Shown: positions 1-9,064 of the stretch, piece after piece
How the letters are laid out: each line of letters opens with the position of its first letter
Numbering within the stretch: the first letter of the stretch is position 1
Assembly (NCBI GenBank): GCA_963825505.1
Contig: CAWGTL010000008.1
Location: 48,411 to 112,410, forward strand
Direction: 5' to 3'
DNA from: an uncultured Actinomycetota bacterium
GTDB taxonomy: Bacteria > Actinomycetota > Actinomycetes > Actinomycetales > CAWJMD01
DNA length: 64,000 bases
Translations under genes and position numbers: made by a program
Notes under the pieces: generated by a model
The model's database searches: none
What the model saw: only the letters and a program-made list of their open reading frames with translations
What the model was told of the DNA's origin: nothing

Positions 1-1
1 G

Positions 2-1054
2 CGCCCGGCGCACGCACGGCAGCTGTACGAGGCGGCGCTGGCACGGGCCCGGGCGCGCCCCGGTGCGGTCGTCGGGGTCACCGGTGACCTCCACGTCGGT
101 CTGGCCGCACTGCTCCGCGAGCAGGACGAGCTCGATGCCGCCGAGGGACACCTGCGGTCCGCGCGCTCGCTCGGCGACCGGGCCTCGTTGCCGGAGAACC
201 GGTACCGGTGGTTCCTCACGACAGCCGGCCTGCTCGTGTCGTCCGGCGACCTCCCCGGAGCGGTCGCGATGATCGACCAGGCCGAGGAGGTCTACCGGCC
301 GGGCTACTTCCCTGCCGTGCGCCCCTTGCCAGCCCGACGGGCGCACGTCCACATCGCCCAGGGGCGGCTCGATCTCGCAGAGGCGTGGGCTCACCAGAAC
401 CAGGTGACCGTCGATGACCCACCCCACTTCGCCTCCGAGTACGAGCACCTCGTGCTGGCGCGGCTGCTCGTCGCACAGCACCGGGCCGACCCCCGTTCGG
501 GCACCATGGAGCCGGCCGTCGGACTGTTGGACCGGCTGGTCACGGCGGCCTCCGCCGCGGACCGCGGTGGGAGCGTGGTCGAGGCGCTGGTCGTCAGGGC
601 CCAGGCACACCGCGCCGTGGGCCACCTCGACGCGGCCCTCGAGGACCTGGGCCGTTCCCTGGTCGCGGGAGTGCCGGCCGGGTACCGGCGGCTGTTCGTC
701 GACGAAGGCCCGATCCTGCGCGAACTGCTCCGGACCGCAGCCGCCCGACCCGGTGTGGCCGGCGCCCAGGAGGCGGCTCTGCTGCTGCAGCCGGTGCGGG
801 CGGCGGGGTCGGCGCCGAGCGGTCGGTCTCGGGTCGTGGCGGCCGGCAGCCCCGAGGCGTTGAGCACGCGTGAGCTCGAGGTGCTGCGGCTGCTCGCGAC
901 CGACCTGACCGGTCCGGAGATCGCCGAGCGCCTGTACATGTCGATCAACACCTTCCGGACCCACACCCGGCACATCTTCACCAAGCTCGACGTCACGACG
1001 CGGCGCGCCGCCGTCACGCGGGCCGGGGTCCTCGGGGTCGTCGGGACGTCCTGA
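2..1054 (+). CDS. LuxR-family transcriptional regulator, C-terminal part of a large MalT/LAL-type protein (5' end outside the window)
   Basis: The frame of ORF 188..1054 stays open back to position 2. An Ala/Leu-rich TPR-like helical region is followed by a C-terminal LuxR/GerE HTH (ELEVLRLLATDLTGPEIAERLYMSINTFRTHTRHIFTKLDV). Confidence 0.8.
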   Translation, partial: RPAHARQLYEAALARARARPGAVVGVTGDLHVGLAALLREQDELDAAEGHLRSARSLGDRASLPENRYRWFLTTAGLLVSSGDLPGAVAMIDQAEEVYRPGYFPAVRPLPARRAHVHIAQGRLDLAEAWAHQNQVTVDDPPHFASEYEHLVLARLLVAQHRADPRSGTMEPAVGLLDRLVTAASAADRGGSVVEALVVRAQAHRAVGHLDAALEDLGRSLVAGVPAGYRRLFVDEGPILRELLRTAAARPGVAGAQEAALLLQPVRAAGSAPSGRSRVVAAGSPEALSTRELEVLRLLATDLTGPEIAERLYMSINTFRTHTRHIFTKLDVTTRRAAVTRAGVLGVVGTS

Positions 1055-1162
1055 GGGTCACCACGCCGGTCACATCATCGTGCGATGTGGAGCGCCTGGC
1101 TTCGCTCCTAGCGTCCAGGCACCGCCGGACACACGGTCCGGCACCGGACGAGGAGAGATCCC

Positions 1163-1879
1163 ATGCACGTCACCGCGACCGACCTGACCAGGGGCGCCGC
1201 CGCCGCAGCCGTTGCTGCCGGTGCCATCTTCGTCGCAGTCCAGCTCGGCCACCCGGCCAGCGACACGTTCACCACCGAGACCGGGCAGTGGGTCGCGCGC
1301 AGCGTCGCGAAGACGGTGATGTGCGTGCTCGCACTCGCCGCGATCGCCGGTCTCTACCTGCGGCAGCGCCGCGAGTCGGGCCTCATCGGACTGGTCGGCT
1401 ACCTGTTGTTCTCCGTCGGCTACCTGGCGCTGCTCACCACGGAGGTGATCGCGGCCACCGTCCTGCCCGCCCTCGTGGACACCCAGCCGGCCTTCGTCGA
1501 CGACGTCGTCATCGCCGCCAACGGCGGCGCCGCCCAGGGCGACATCGGTGGGGTCGCCGTGCTGCTCGGCGTGGCCGGTGCCGGCTACATTCTCGGCGGC
1601 CTCGTCCTCGGTGTCGCCATGGCCCGTGCCGGCGTCGTGAACCGCTGGGCGGCAGGCCTTCTGGCCGTCAGCACGGTCCTGACCGCAGCCCTCGTCGTCC
1701 TGCCCGAGGCGTTCAACCGGCCCGTCGCCGTTCCTGAGGGCATCGCTCTCATCGCCCTCGGCGTCTCGCTGTGGCGCAACCCCGTGCACAGCCCGGCACC
1801 CGCCCTGGCGACCGAGCACGACCTCTCGGCCGACAGCACGTCGACGGTGGGCCCGGTGCGCCACCCCGCAGTCCGATGA
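1163..1879 (+). CDS. hypothetical polytopic membrane protein
   Basis: ORF of 238 aa with about 6 hydrophobic segments and strong GC3 bias. Its stop overlaps the next start (ATGA). No family recognised. Confidence 0.6.
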   Translation: MHVTATDLTRGAAAAAVAAGAIFVAVQLGHPASDTFTTETGQWVARSVAKTVMCVLALAAIAGLYLRQRRESGLIGLVGYLLFSVGYLALLTTEVIAATVLPALVDTQPAFVDDVVIAANGGAAQGDIGGVAVLLGVAGAGYILGGLVLGVAMARAGVVNRWAAGLLAVSTVLTAALVVLPEAFNRPVAVPEGIALIALGVSLWRNPVHSPAPALATEHDLSADSTSTVGPVRHPAVR

Positions 1880-2562
1880 CCGACCGGCGGCGATCGCGGT
1901 GGCGGGTTCCCGTGGCGCTGCTGGCGCTGGCGGCGGTCCCGCTCACCGCGGGCACGCTGCGACTCCTGCAGCTCGCCGGCGGACCGGCCGTCATCCCGGT
2001 CGACGACCGGTTCGACGGGTTCCCCGTGGCCCTGGTGGTCCACATCCTCGGGGCCGCGGTGTTCGCGCTGCTGGGTGTGGTCCAGCTGACCCCCTTCCTG
2101 CGCCGCCGCCACCGCACGTGGCACCGGCGCAGCGGACGGGTCACCGCCGCCGCCGGTCTCGCGGTGGCCGCGTCCGCGCTGTGGCTGACGCTGTTCACGC
2201 CGCCCCAGCCAGGCACGGGGATCCTCCTGTTCGTCCTCCGACTGGTGTTCGCATCGGCGATGGTCGCCAGCCTGGTGCTCGGCGTCGCCGCGATCCGTCG
2301 CGGCGACGTCGACGCGCACCGTGCCTGGATGATGCGGGGGTTCGCCCTCGGACTGGGCGCCGGCACCCAGGTGCTCACCGAAGGCGCCACCGAAGCCGTC
2401 CTCGGGAGCGGCGAGCTCCGGCTGGACGTCGCCCGCGGCAGCGCCTGGCTCATCAACCTGGCAGTTGCCGAGTGGGCGATCCGTCGTCCCTCCCGGCGGC
2501 GAGGACGCGGGCAGCGCGTCAAGCCCTCGGTCCGCAGCGCGACGGTACGGGTGTCGACGTGA
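1876..2562 (+). CDS. DUF2306-like membrane protein
   Basis: The ATG at 1876 overlaps the upstream stop. The N-terminus (RWRVPVALLALAAVPLTAGTLRLLQLAGG...FPVALVVHILGAAVFALLGVVQL) resembles DUF2306 proteins (from memory). The longer 1771 start would overlap the upstream gene by about 100 nt. Confidence 0.6.
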   Translation: MTDRRRSRWRVPVALLALAAVPLTAGTLRLLQLAGGPAVIPVDDRFDGFPVALVVHILGAAVFALLGVVQLTPFLRRRHRTWHRRSGRVTAAAGLAVAASALWLTLFTPPQPGTGILLFVLRLVFASAMVASLVLGVAAIRRGDVDAHRAWMMRGFALGLGAGTQVLTEGATEAVLGSGELRLDVARGSAWLINLAVAEWAIRRPSRRRGRGQRVKPSVRSATVRVST

Positions 2563-3707
2563 CGTCTCCCGCAACGGACGGCGGCGGCACCTACCAGCTC
2601 ACCGTCGACGGCCACCTGGACGACCACTGGGCCGCCAGCCTGGGGGACCTCACCCTGCTGCGGCTCGACGACGGCACCACCACCCTCACCGGAGCCGTGG
2701 TCGACCAGGCGCAGCTGCACGGCCTGCTCGCCCGCGTCCGGGACCTCGGCGTCACGCTGCTCACCGTGCGCGTCCTCGAGAGCGCCACGAGTCCGTCACC
2801 CGCTGCCGAGGTGCAGGTGCCCGCGGCGCCGGTACCCATCTGGAGGATCGAGCTGGGGGAGCGACGTGTGCTGCGCCCGGGCCGGTTCCGGTGGCTGCGC
2901 GCCATGGTGTGGATGGTCGTGCTGTTCTTCCTGACGGCCGGGACGTTCGGTCTCCCGCTGCAGTGGGCGAATGATCTGCTCCCGTCGGACGACGTGGGTC
3001 GGCAGCTCCTCGCGACCGTCATCGCGTGCACCACGGCTCTTCTGGGATACGCGGTGGCCGTACGCCTCGGAGAAGGCCGATCGGCCAGCGAGCTCGCGTT
3101 CCGACCGGCTGCGCGCGACCTGATCGCGGGCACCCTGCTCGGCTTCGTGCTGATGGCTCTTCTCATGGGCGTGCAGACAGCCAGCGGCCTCTACGACGTG
3201 GCACCCGGCGGTTCTGCGGTCCCGTGGACCGCGCTCGGTCTCGCACTGCAGGCCGCCGTGACCGAGGAGCTGTGGATGCGCGGTCTGCTGTTCCGCCTGG
3301 TCTGGCGTGCACTCGGTGCCGTCCCGGCGTTCCTCCTGTCTGCGGCGGCCTTCGCCGCGCTGCACCTGGCGAACGCCGGAGCCGGGGTGCTCTCCACCGC
3401 GACCGTGGCCATCGCCGGATTGATGTTCTGCGCGGTCTACGCCCTCACTCGCAGACTCTGGGCGCCCATCGGGCTTCACTTCGCCTGGAACCTCGCCCAG
3501 GGGTACCTGTTCGGAGCCACGGTCTCCGGAGGTGATCTCGGCGGGTCGCTCCTGGTCAGCACCCCCGCGGACGGAGCACCCAGGTGGCTGACAGGCGGCA
3601 CGTTCGGTCCGGAGGCGTCCGTCATCGCACTGGGACTCGTCACCCTCGTGACGGCGCTGACCCTGCTGGCAGCACGATCCCGCGTGCGGACGGCAGCTTC
3701 GACATGA
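2559..3707 (+). CDS. CPBP-family intramembrane protease (CAAX protease-like), in frame with a small N-terminal soluble domain
   Basis: CPBP motifs are present: EELWMRGLLFRLVW, FAALHLAN and HFAWNL. The GTG at 2559 overlaps the upstream stop (GTGA). The N-terminal ~80 aa (GTYQLTVDGHLDDHWAASLG...LLTVRVLE) usually occurs as a stand-alone protein. An internal start near 2870-2900 for the protease alone cannot be excluded. Confidence 0.6.
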   Translation: MTSPATDGGGTYQLTVDGHLDDHWAASLGDLTLLRLDDGTTTLTGAVVDQAQLHGLLARVRDLGVTLLTVRVLESATSPSPAAEVQVPAAPVPIWRIELGERRVLRPGRFRWLRAMVWMVVLFFLTAGTFGLPLQWANDLLPSDDVGRQLLATVIACTTALLGYAVAVRLGEGRSASELAFRPAARDLIAGTLLGFVLMALLMGVQTASGLYDVAPGGSAVPWTALGLALQAAVTEELWMRGLLFRLVWRALGAVPAFLLSAAAFAALHLANAGAGVLSTATVAIAGLMFCAVYALTRRLWAPIGLHFAWNLAQGYLFGATVSGGDLGGSLLVSTPADGAPRWLTGGTFGPEASVIALGLVTLVTALTLLAARSRVRTAAST

Positions 3708-4223
3708 TGTCGGCGGCTGCACTGGCGGTCTGCGTCCAGCTGACGGCGCGCTGCGGCGGCGGCGAACGGCGAGTGTCCAGGCGTCGACCAGCTGATCCGG
3801 GACCTCACGTGGCGGATGGAGGCACGCCCACCGTGGGCGGCGTGACAGCCGTTCTCGTCCGTGCATGCCCCGACGGCTGCGTCGATCGAGTCCACCGCGA
3901 CGGCCGCACGTGCGGCTGCTGCGCTCACGATGCGCTCACGAGAGACACGGCCTAGCGGCCCGGTGCGGCACGATCCGGACCGTTGTCGTGCTGGCTGTTC
4001 ATCGGACGGTTACTGGTTCGAGTCCAGGCGCGGGAGCGCGCCTGTGCTGATGCCCCTGACCGCTCGTGTGAGGGGCGCTGTTCCAGCGGTTCGACCGACT
4101 CTGCGTCCGCACGGCGCACGCCCGGCTCTCGTGAACGCCGACCCGCTGGGCCGGTACGCGGCACGGCGGTCGCGGCACGGCTGAGCGACTCACATCGTCG
4201 GCTCGACGTGCGACTGTGGGTGC

Positions 4224-4556
4224 ATGGAGAAGTCGTCGTTGACCGCCGTCGCCCGCCAGCACCTGGAGATCGCGCGGAGGGCGTCCAGCGGTCGAAGCGC
4301 GGACACCGTCTACGGCGGCCACGAGCACGTCCTGCGTCAGACCGTGATCGCGCTCGCCGCTGGTCGAGGGCTCGACGAGCACGAGAACCCCGGCGAGGCC
4401 ACGGTGCACGTCCTGGTCGGTCGGGTCCGTCTGGTCTGCGGTGACGACGAGTGGGAGGGCAGCCCAGGGGACCTGTTGATCGTGCCTCAGGCCAGGCACG
4501 GTCTCGAGGCCGTGGAGGACTCCGCTGTCCTGCTGACGGTGGCGAAGCACCGCTGA
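4224..4556 (+). CDS. cupin domain protein
   Basis: ORF of 110 aa with a cupin-like beta-barrel signature (HENPGEATVHVLVGRVRLVCGDDEWEGSPGDLLIVPQARHGLEAVEDSAVLL). Confidence 0.7.
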   Translation: MEKSSLTAVARQHLEIARRASSGRSADTVYGGHEHVLRQTVIALAAGRGLDEHENPGEATVHVLVGRVRLVCGDDEWEGSPGDLLIVPQARHGLEAVEDSAVLLTVAKHR

Positions 4557-4636
4557 GTCCTGGCCGCGGTGAGCGGCGCACCGACGGTCTCGGCGCAGCC
4601 GCCCTCCGGTCTCTCCCGGTCGCACTACCCCCGGGC

Positions 4637-5416
4637 CTAGAGGGTCGCCAGGACGAACGACAGCACGAAGCCGGCGGTCGTGCTGAGAGCGACGAGCGGC
4701 CCGCCCTGCTCGTAGGCCTCCGGCATCAGGGTGTCGGCCAGGGATGCCAGGACGGCGCCCGCGGCGAACGCGAGGGGCAGCGACAGCGTCTCGGGGTCCG
4801 TGGACGACAGCGGTCCTGCGCCGACCACGACCGCAGCCGTGAGGAGGACGGCGCACACGGCCCACGTGCCGAGGACGAACTTCTGCGACCGTCCCTGGGC
4901 ACGCATGGACGCGCTCCCCACGAGGGCTTCGGGGAAGTTGGACACGAAGATGGCGCCGAGGAGCGCGAGCCCACCGGTGCCCTCGCCCAGCGAGACGCCG
5001 AGCGCCACGTTCTCCGGCACCCCGTCGAGGGTGACCGCGGCGAGGAGGGCGAACCCGGCGGCGCCGCTGGTCGAGGCGGGGGAGGCCGACCTCTCCGCAG
5101 CAGCGGCATCGACGTCGAGCTTCTCGCTCCCGTCGTCGTCCGGCCGGTCACCTTCCGCCACCCGGTCCAGTCGCTGGCTGATCACGGTGAACACGATGGC
5201 GCCGGCGATCAGTCCGAGGCACGCTCGCCAGATCCCGCCCTTCTCGTACGAGTCCTGGAAGAGCTCGAAGGACAGCGCGGTGATGAGGGCACCGGCCGCG
5301 AACGCGAGCATGGCGGCCAGCACCGGGCGGGGGATCTGCCACCGGCCACCGACACCTGCTCCCAGCACGAGAGCGCTGGAGGCGATGACGCCGAAGATCA
5401 ACGACTCGGTCATCAC
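4637..5416 (-). CDS. ZIP-family divalent metal transporter
   Basis: Protein of 259 aa with about 8 TM segments. ZIP-like motifs are present (AFAAGALITALSFELF...; ALLAAVTLDGVPENVALGVSL; FVSNFPEAL). Confidence 0.85.
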   Translation of the reverse strand: MMTESLIFGVIASSALVLGAGVGGRWQIPRPVLAAMLAFAAGALITALSFELFQDSYEKGGIWRACLGLIAGAIVFTVISQRLDRVAEGDRPDDDGSEKLDVDAAAAERSASPASTSGAAGFALLAAVTLDGVPENVALGVSLGEGTGGLALLGAIFVSNFPEALVGSASMRAQGRSQKFVLGTWAVCAVLLTAAVVVGAGPLSSTDPETLSLPLAFAAGAVLASLADTLMPEAYEQGGPLVALSTTAGFVLSFVLATL

Positions 5417-5584
5417 TCACCGCCTCGGGTCGGTCGCGGTCGGGAATCCGCACCGATGATGCAACCGTGCACCGGCGACCGCATGTCGACAGCGTGCATC
5501 GCCCCCCGGTCCGTCGTCGTCGGTGCACCAGGGCGTCATTGGCTCGCCCGGGTGCCGGAGCCTCCGGTTCGGCTGCGACCTGGC

Positions 5585-6070
5585 CTACCCGGCACGGAGG
5601 ATCGCAAGGCCGATCACCACCGCCACGGCCGCGACGATCCGGCCGCTCCGGCGGCGGACGTCAGCGCGGGAGCTGAGCATGACTGCCGTGCACAGGCACA
5701 GACCGAGCGAGAGCCAGCCGAAGTAGCCAAGCACCGAACCCGCCCGACGCACCCCTGCGCCGTCCACGACCGCGTAGGCGGAGATGGCGACCGCGATCGC
5801 GACCGTGGTGAGGACCGGACGGGCCTGCCAGGCTCGGGCGTGCACCCGGGTGGAGGCCAGCAGCAGCAGCCCGACCAGGACCACGGCGACCGCGAGGTGC
5901 TGGCGTGCCGAGAGGTCCTCGCCGACACTCGACCAACCGCTCAGCACGACGGCTGCCACCAGCACCGGTGCCAGGCCGCGCGAGATCGGGTACAGCTGGC
6001 TGAACTGAGCGACCTGGTTGGCCCGCACCAGTCCCAGCGTGTACGCGACGTGCAACACGATCGATGCCAC
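5585..6070 (-). CDS. DMT/EamA-like membrane protein, short (possibly truncated)
   Basis: Hydrophobic ORF of 161 aa. It resembles the end of one EamA repeat and the start of the next. It is about half the usual 10-TM length and is wedged between neighbouring genes. Confidence 0.4.
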   Translation of the reverse strand: MASIVLHVAYTLGLVRANQVAQFSQLYPISRGLAPVLVAAVVLSGWSSVGEDLSARQHLAVAVVLVGLLLLASTRVHARAWQARPVLTTVAIAVAISAYAVVDGAGVRRAGSVLGYFGWLSLGLCLCTAVMLSSRADVRRRSGRIVAAVAVVIGLAILRAG

Positions 6071-6095
6071 CAGGTGGGGGGACGCTGGCGCAGAG

Positions 6096-6719
6096 CTACC
6101 TGACGCGCTGTCGCAGCGATCCGAGTGCGAGGACGGAGACGAGCCCGAGCTCCAGCGCGGCGCTGACGACGAGCCTGATCGCCAGGGTCTCGGGGTTGCC
6201 GACCGCGGCGACGACCACCGCCGCCACGACTGCCACGCCGCACCCGGCCGCCCACCGGTGCTGATCGCCCCGCCAGAACCGCACTGCGAGAACGATGGCG
6301 AGCACGACGAACGCGACCTGCGTCAGGACGAAGCCGAGCTCGTGGAGCGCACCGTGCCAGCTCGTCTGCGGCTCGCCGAGCGGAGCGCCCTCGGGGAAGC
6401 CGGCGCCGGCGTCGGTGACGAACACACCGGCCAGCACCAGCCCGACACCCATGAGCACGACCAGCACCGACGCCCACCGGGTCAGGCGCTCCGGGCCGAG
6501 CACGCTCCCGAGACCGACACCGCCACCGATCAGCAGCAGCCCGGTGACGACGAAGCTGACGACCTGCACCCACCCCCGGTCGCCCAGGCTGAGCAGGCTC
6601 ATCGAGTGGAAGGTCGGGCGGAAACCCTCGCGGGTGAAGGCTTGCGCGGCCCACAGGCCGACGAGCAGGGGCGAGGCGAGCACCGCGCCGGTCAGCAGTG
6701 CGCGGACGGACGTGGACAT
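6096..6719 (-). CDS. DUF998-like membrane protein
   Basis: ORF 6096..6770. An internal ATG (MSTSVRALLTGAVLASPLL...) was chosen as the start. About 6 TM segments and the motif FHSMSLLSLGDRGWVQV are typical of DUF998 (from memory). Confidence 0.55.
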   Translation of the reverse strand: MSTSVRALLTGAVLASPLLVGLWAAQAFTREGFRPTFHSMSLLSLGDRGWVQVVSFVVTGLLLIGGGVGLGSVLGPERLTRWASVLVVLMGVGLVLAGVFVTDAGAGFPEGAPLGEPQTSWHGALHELGFVLTQVAFVVLAIVLAVRFWRGDQHRWAAGCGVAVVAAVVVAAVGNPETLAIRLVVSAALELGLVSVLALGSLRQRVR

Positions 6720-6819
6720 CGTGTCTCCTGACGTTGAACCACCAAGTTCAGTTTCAAGAGTGAACCACATAGTTCAGTGTAGGGACAGCTCCGCCAGCGC
6801 CACCTTCGGTCGGCACGGG

Positions 6820-7905
6820 TCAGCGCGCGACGACCCACTCCGCGTAGAACAGGCCGAGCCCGAGGGCGACGAACAGCCCTGCCACGATCCAGAACCTCAC
6901 CACGATCGTGATCTCGGCCCAGCCGGCGAGCTCGAAGTGGTGCTGCAGCGGTGTCATCCGGAACACCCGTCTGCGGGTGAGCTTGAACGAGGTGACCTGG
7001 ATGATCACGGACAGCGTGATGATGACGAACAGGCCGGCGAGCACCACGAGCAGCAGCTCGGTGCGGGTGGTGATGGCCAGGCCGGCCAGGACGCCGCCGA
7101 GCGCGAGCGAGCCGGTGTCGCCCATGAAGATCTTGGCGGGGGAGGCGTTCCACCACAGGAAGCCGAAGCACGCGCCCATGACGGCGGCGGCGACGACGGC
7201 CAGGTCGAGCGGGTCGCGCACCTCGTAGCAGTTGGGTCCGGCCACCGCGATCACCCGGCAGGACTGCCCCGACTGCCAGATGCCGATCAGGACGAACGCG
7301 CCGGCCACCATCGTCGAGGCACCCGTCGCCAGGCCGTCGAGCCCGTCCGAGATGTTCACCCCGTTGCTGGCCGCCGCCACGATCACCTGCGCCCAGAGGA
7401 CGAACAGCAGCAGCCCGAGGACGGGTCCGGCGAACGCGAGGTCGATCGCGGTGTCGCGGATCACCGAGATGTTCGTCGACGCGGGAGTGCGGTAGGTGTC
7501 GTCGGGCAACCGCAGCGCGAGCACCGCGAAGACGAGCCCGACGACGGACTGCCCGATCAGCTTCGCCCTCGATCGCAGGCCGAGGCTGCGCTGCCGGGAG
7601 ATCTTGATGAAGTCGTCGAGGAACCCGACGACGCCGAGCCCGGTCATGAGGAACAGGACGAGGATCCCGGACGCCGTCGGTGGCGACAGGGTGAGCACGT
7701 GCGCGCCGACGTACGCGATCAGGGTGGCCCCGATGATGACGGCGCCGCCCATCGTGGGCGTCCCGCGCTTGGTGTGGTGCGAGGTCGGGCCGTCGTCGCG
7801 GACGAACTGGCCGTACTGGCGCCTGACGAGGAAGCGGATGTACAGCGGTGTGGCGAACAGCGAGATCACCAGCGCGATGGCCGCCGAGGCCAGGACGGTC
7901 CTCAC
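6820..7905 (-). CDS. mraY: phospho-N-acetylmuramoyl-pentapeptide transferase (MraY), copy located outside a dcw cluster
   Basis: Full-length 361 aa with MraY hallmarks: [38 protein letters not shown] and [12 protein letters not shown]. No mur or fts genes lie adjacent. Confidence 0.9.
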   Translation of the reverse strand: MRTVLASAAIALVISLFATPLYIRFLVRRQYGQFVRDDGPTSHHTKRGTPTMGGAVIIGATLIAYVGAHVLTLSPPTASGILVLFLMTGLGVVGFLDDFIKISRQRSLGLRSRAKLIGQSVVGLVFAVLALRLPDDTYRTPASTNISVIRDTAIDLAFAGPVLGLLLFVLWAQVIVAAASNGVNISDGLDGLATGASTMVAGAFVLIGIWQSGQSCRVIAVAGPNCYEVRDPLDLAVVAAAVMGACFGFLWWNASPAKIFMGDTGSLALGGVLAGLAITTRTELLLVVLAGLFVIITLSVIIQVTSFKLTRRRVFRMTPLQHHFELAGWAEITIVVRFWIVAGLFVALGLGLFYAEWVVAR

Positions 7906-8237
7906 CGGAGATCGCCCGGTCGCGGTCGGTCGACGGTCCCGGGCACGCCGTCCAGGGTGTCAGGTGATCGGTGCCGTCGGTGGCGGCGACACGCCTCCCG
8001 GCCCCCACCGCCGGGCGGTAGCGCCTTCGTCGACGGGGTGCTGGGCGGCCTCGGCCTCTGGTGTGCTGTTCTCCCGCGGCCCCACGGTCCTGCTCGTGCG
8101 CCTCGTGCTCGGCGAGCGGATCGGCGCCGGCCAGCGTCTCGGGCTGGTGCGGTGCTCCGCGGCTGTCGGCCTCATCGCCGCCGGATGAGCCCACCGCCCG
8201 CTACCGTCCGACACCAACACCAGGAGGGGAGGCGCCG

Positions 8238-9053
8238 GTGCTGACCGAGGTCGCGGAGGGTGTGCTCGTCCACCAGAGCCCGCTCATCAGGAACAACGCC
8301 GTCGCTGTCCGAGGTCGGGAGGGTGTGCTCCTCGTCGACCCCGGAATCACTCGTGGCGAGATGGCCTGTCTCGCAGACGATCTCCGTCAGCTGGGCCAAC
8401 CCGTCGTGGTCGGCTTCGCGACGCACCCGGACTGGGACCACGCACTCTGGGACCCCGACCTCGGCGACGCACCTCGCTACGGGACCGCCCGCTGCGCGGC
8501 CTTCCTGCACGACCTCCGGTCCGACCCGGACTGGGAGACGCGAGTGGTCGAGGGGCTCCCGCCCGAGATCGCCGCCGACACCCCGGTGGACCTGTTCGGC
8601 CTGGTCACCGGCCTGCCGGCCGGCGCCGCCGACGTCCCGTGGGACGGCCCTCGCGTGCGGGTCATCGAGCACCCGGCCCACGCGATCGGCCACGCGGCGC
8701 TGCTCGTCGAGGGCGCCAGGGTGCTCGTCGCCGGCGACATGCTCTCCGACGTGCTCGTCCCGATGCTGGGCGACGAGGGGGACGTGATCGAGGACTACCT
8801 GGTCGGCCTGCAGACGCTGAGGGACGTGGTGGACGAGGTCGACGTCGTCGTCCCGGGGCACGGTTCCGTGGGGGGAGCCGACGACCTGCGTGCCCGGATC
8901 GCGCTGGACCGAACGTACGTGCACGCCCTGCGCGACGGCGTGATCCCGGACGACCCCCGCATCGGGCCGTCGGCGGAGCCCGGGTGGGAGTGGGTCGCCG
9001 ACGTGCACGAGGGGCAGGTCAACAGCCTCGCCGCAGGAGGGCGCCGCCGGTAG
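8238..9053 (+). CDS. MBL-fold metallo-hydrolase
   Basis: GTG at 8238 preceded by AGGAGGGGA. The sequence LLVDPGITRGE...GFATHPDWDHALW (HxDxDH-type motif) and ...VVVPGHG indicate a metallo-beta-lactamase fold. Confidence 0.75.
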   Translation: MLTEVAEGVLVHQSPLIRNNAVAVRGREGVLLVDPGITRGEMACLADDLRQLGQPVVVGFATHPDWDHALWDPDLGDAPRYGTARCAAFLHDLRSDPDWETRVVEGLPPEIAADTPVDLFGLVTGLPAGAADVPWDGPRVRVIEHPAHAIGHAALLVEGARVLVAGDMLSDVLVPMLGDEGDVIEDYLVGLQTLRDVVDEVDVVVPGHGSVGGADDLRARIALDRTYVHALRDGVIPDDPRIGPSAEPGWEWVADVHEGQVNSLAAGGRRR

Positions 9054-9064
9054 ACCGTGGCTGT

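Noticed and set aside
1771-3707. The longest-ORF starts for several genes: 1771 for the DUF2306 gene, 1899 for the CPBP gene, 8061 for the MBL gene, 10987 for the PP2C gene, 13692 for the ABC-F gene, and 52791 for the sheath gene.
   Set aside because: The upstream extensions are Arg/Pro-rich, overlap neighbouring genes, and lack RBS support. Internal ATG or GTG starts with Shine-Dalgarno-like sequences, or 4-nt stop/start overlaps, fit better.
3941-4060. A tRNA-like T-loop motif (GGTTCGAGTCC) and an adjacent GGCGCG-GGAG-CGCGCC hairpin in the gene-poor gap 3708-4223. Considered as a tRNA, a tmRNA end, or an att-site remnant.
   Set aside because: No complementary acceptor 5' strand, D-arm or anticodon stem could be found about 70 nt upstream. 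The T-stem has a mismatch and there is no CCA context. Evidence is insufficient for an RNA gene. A covariance-model scan (tRNAscan-SE or Infernal) would settle it.
3476-4184. ORFs in the 3708-4223 gap: 3476..3928 (-), 3584..3955 (+) and 3861..4184 (+).
   Set aside because: Third-position GC is only moderate, no motifs are recognisable, and the ORFs overlap each other and the CPBP gene end. Left unannotated.
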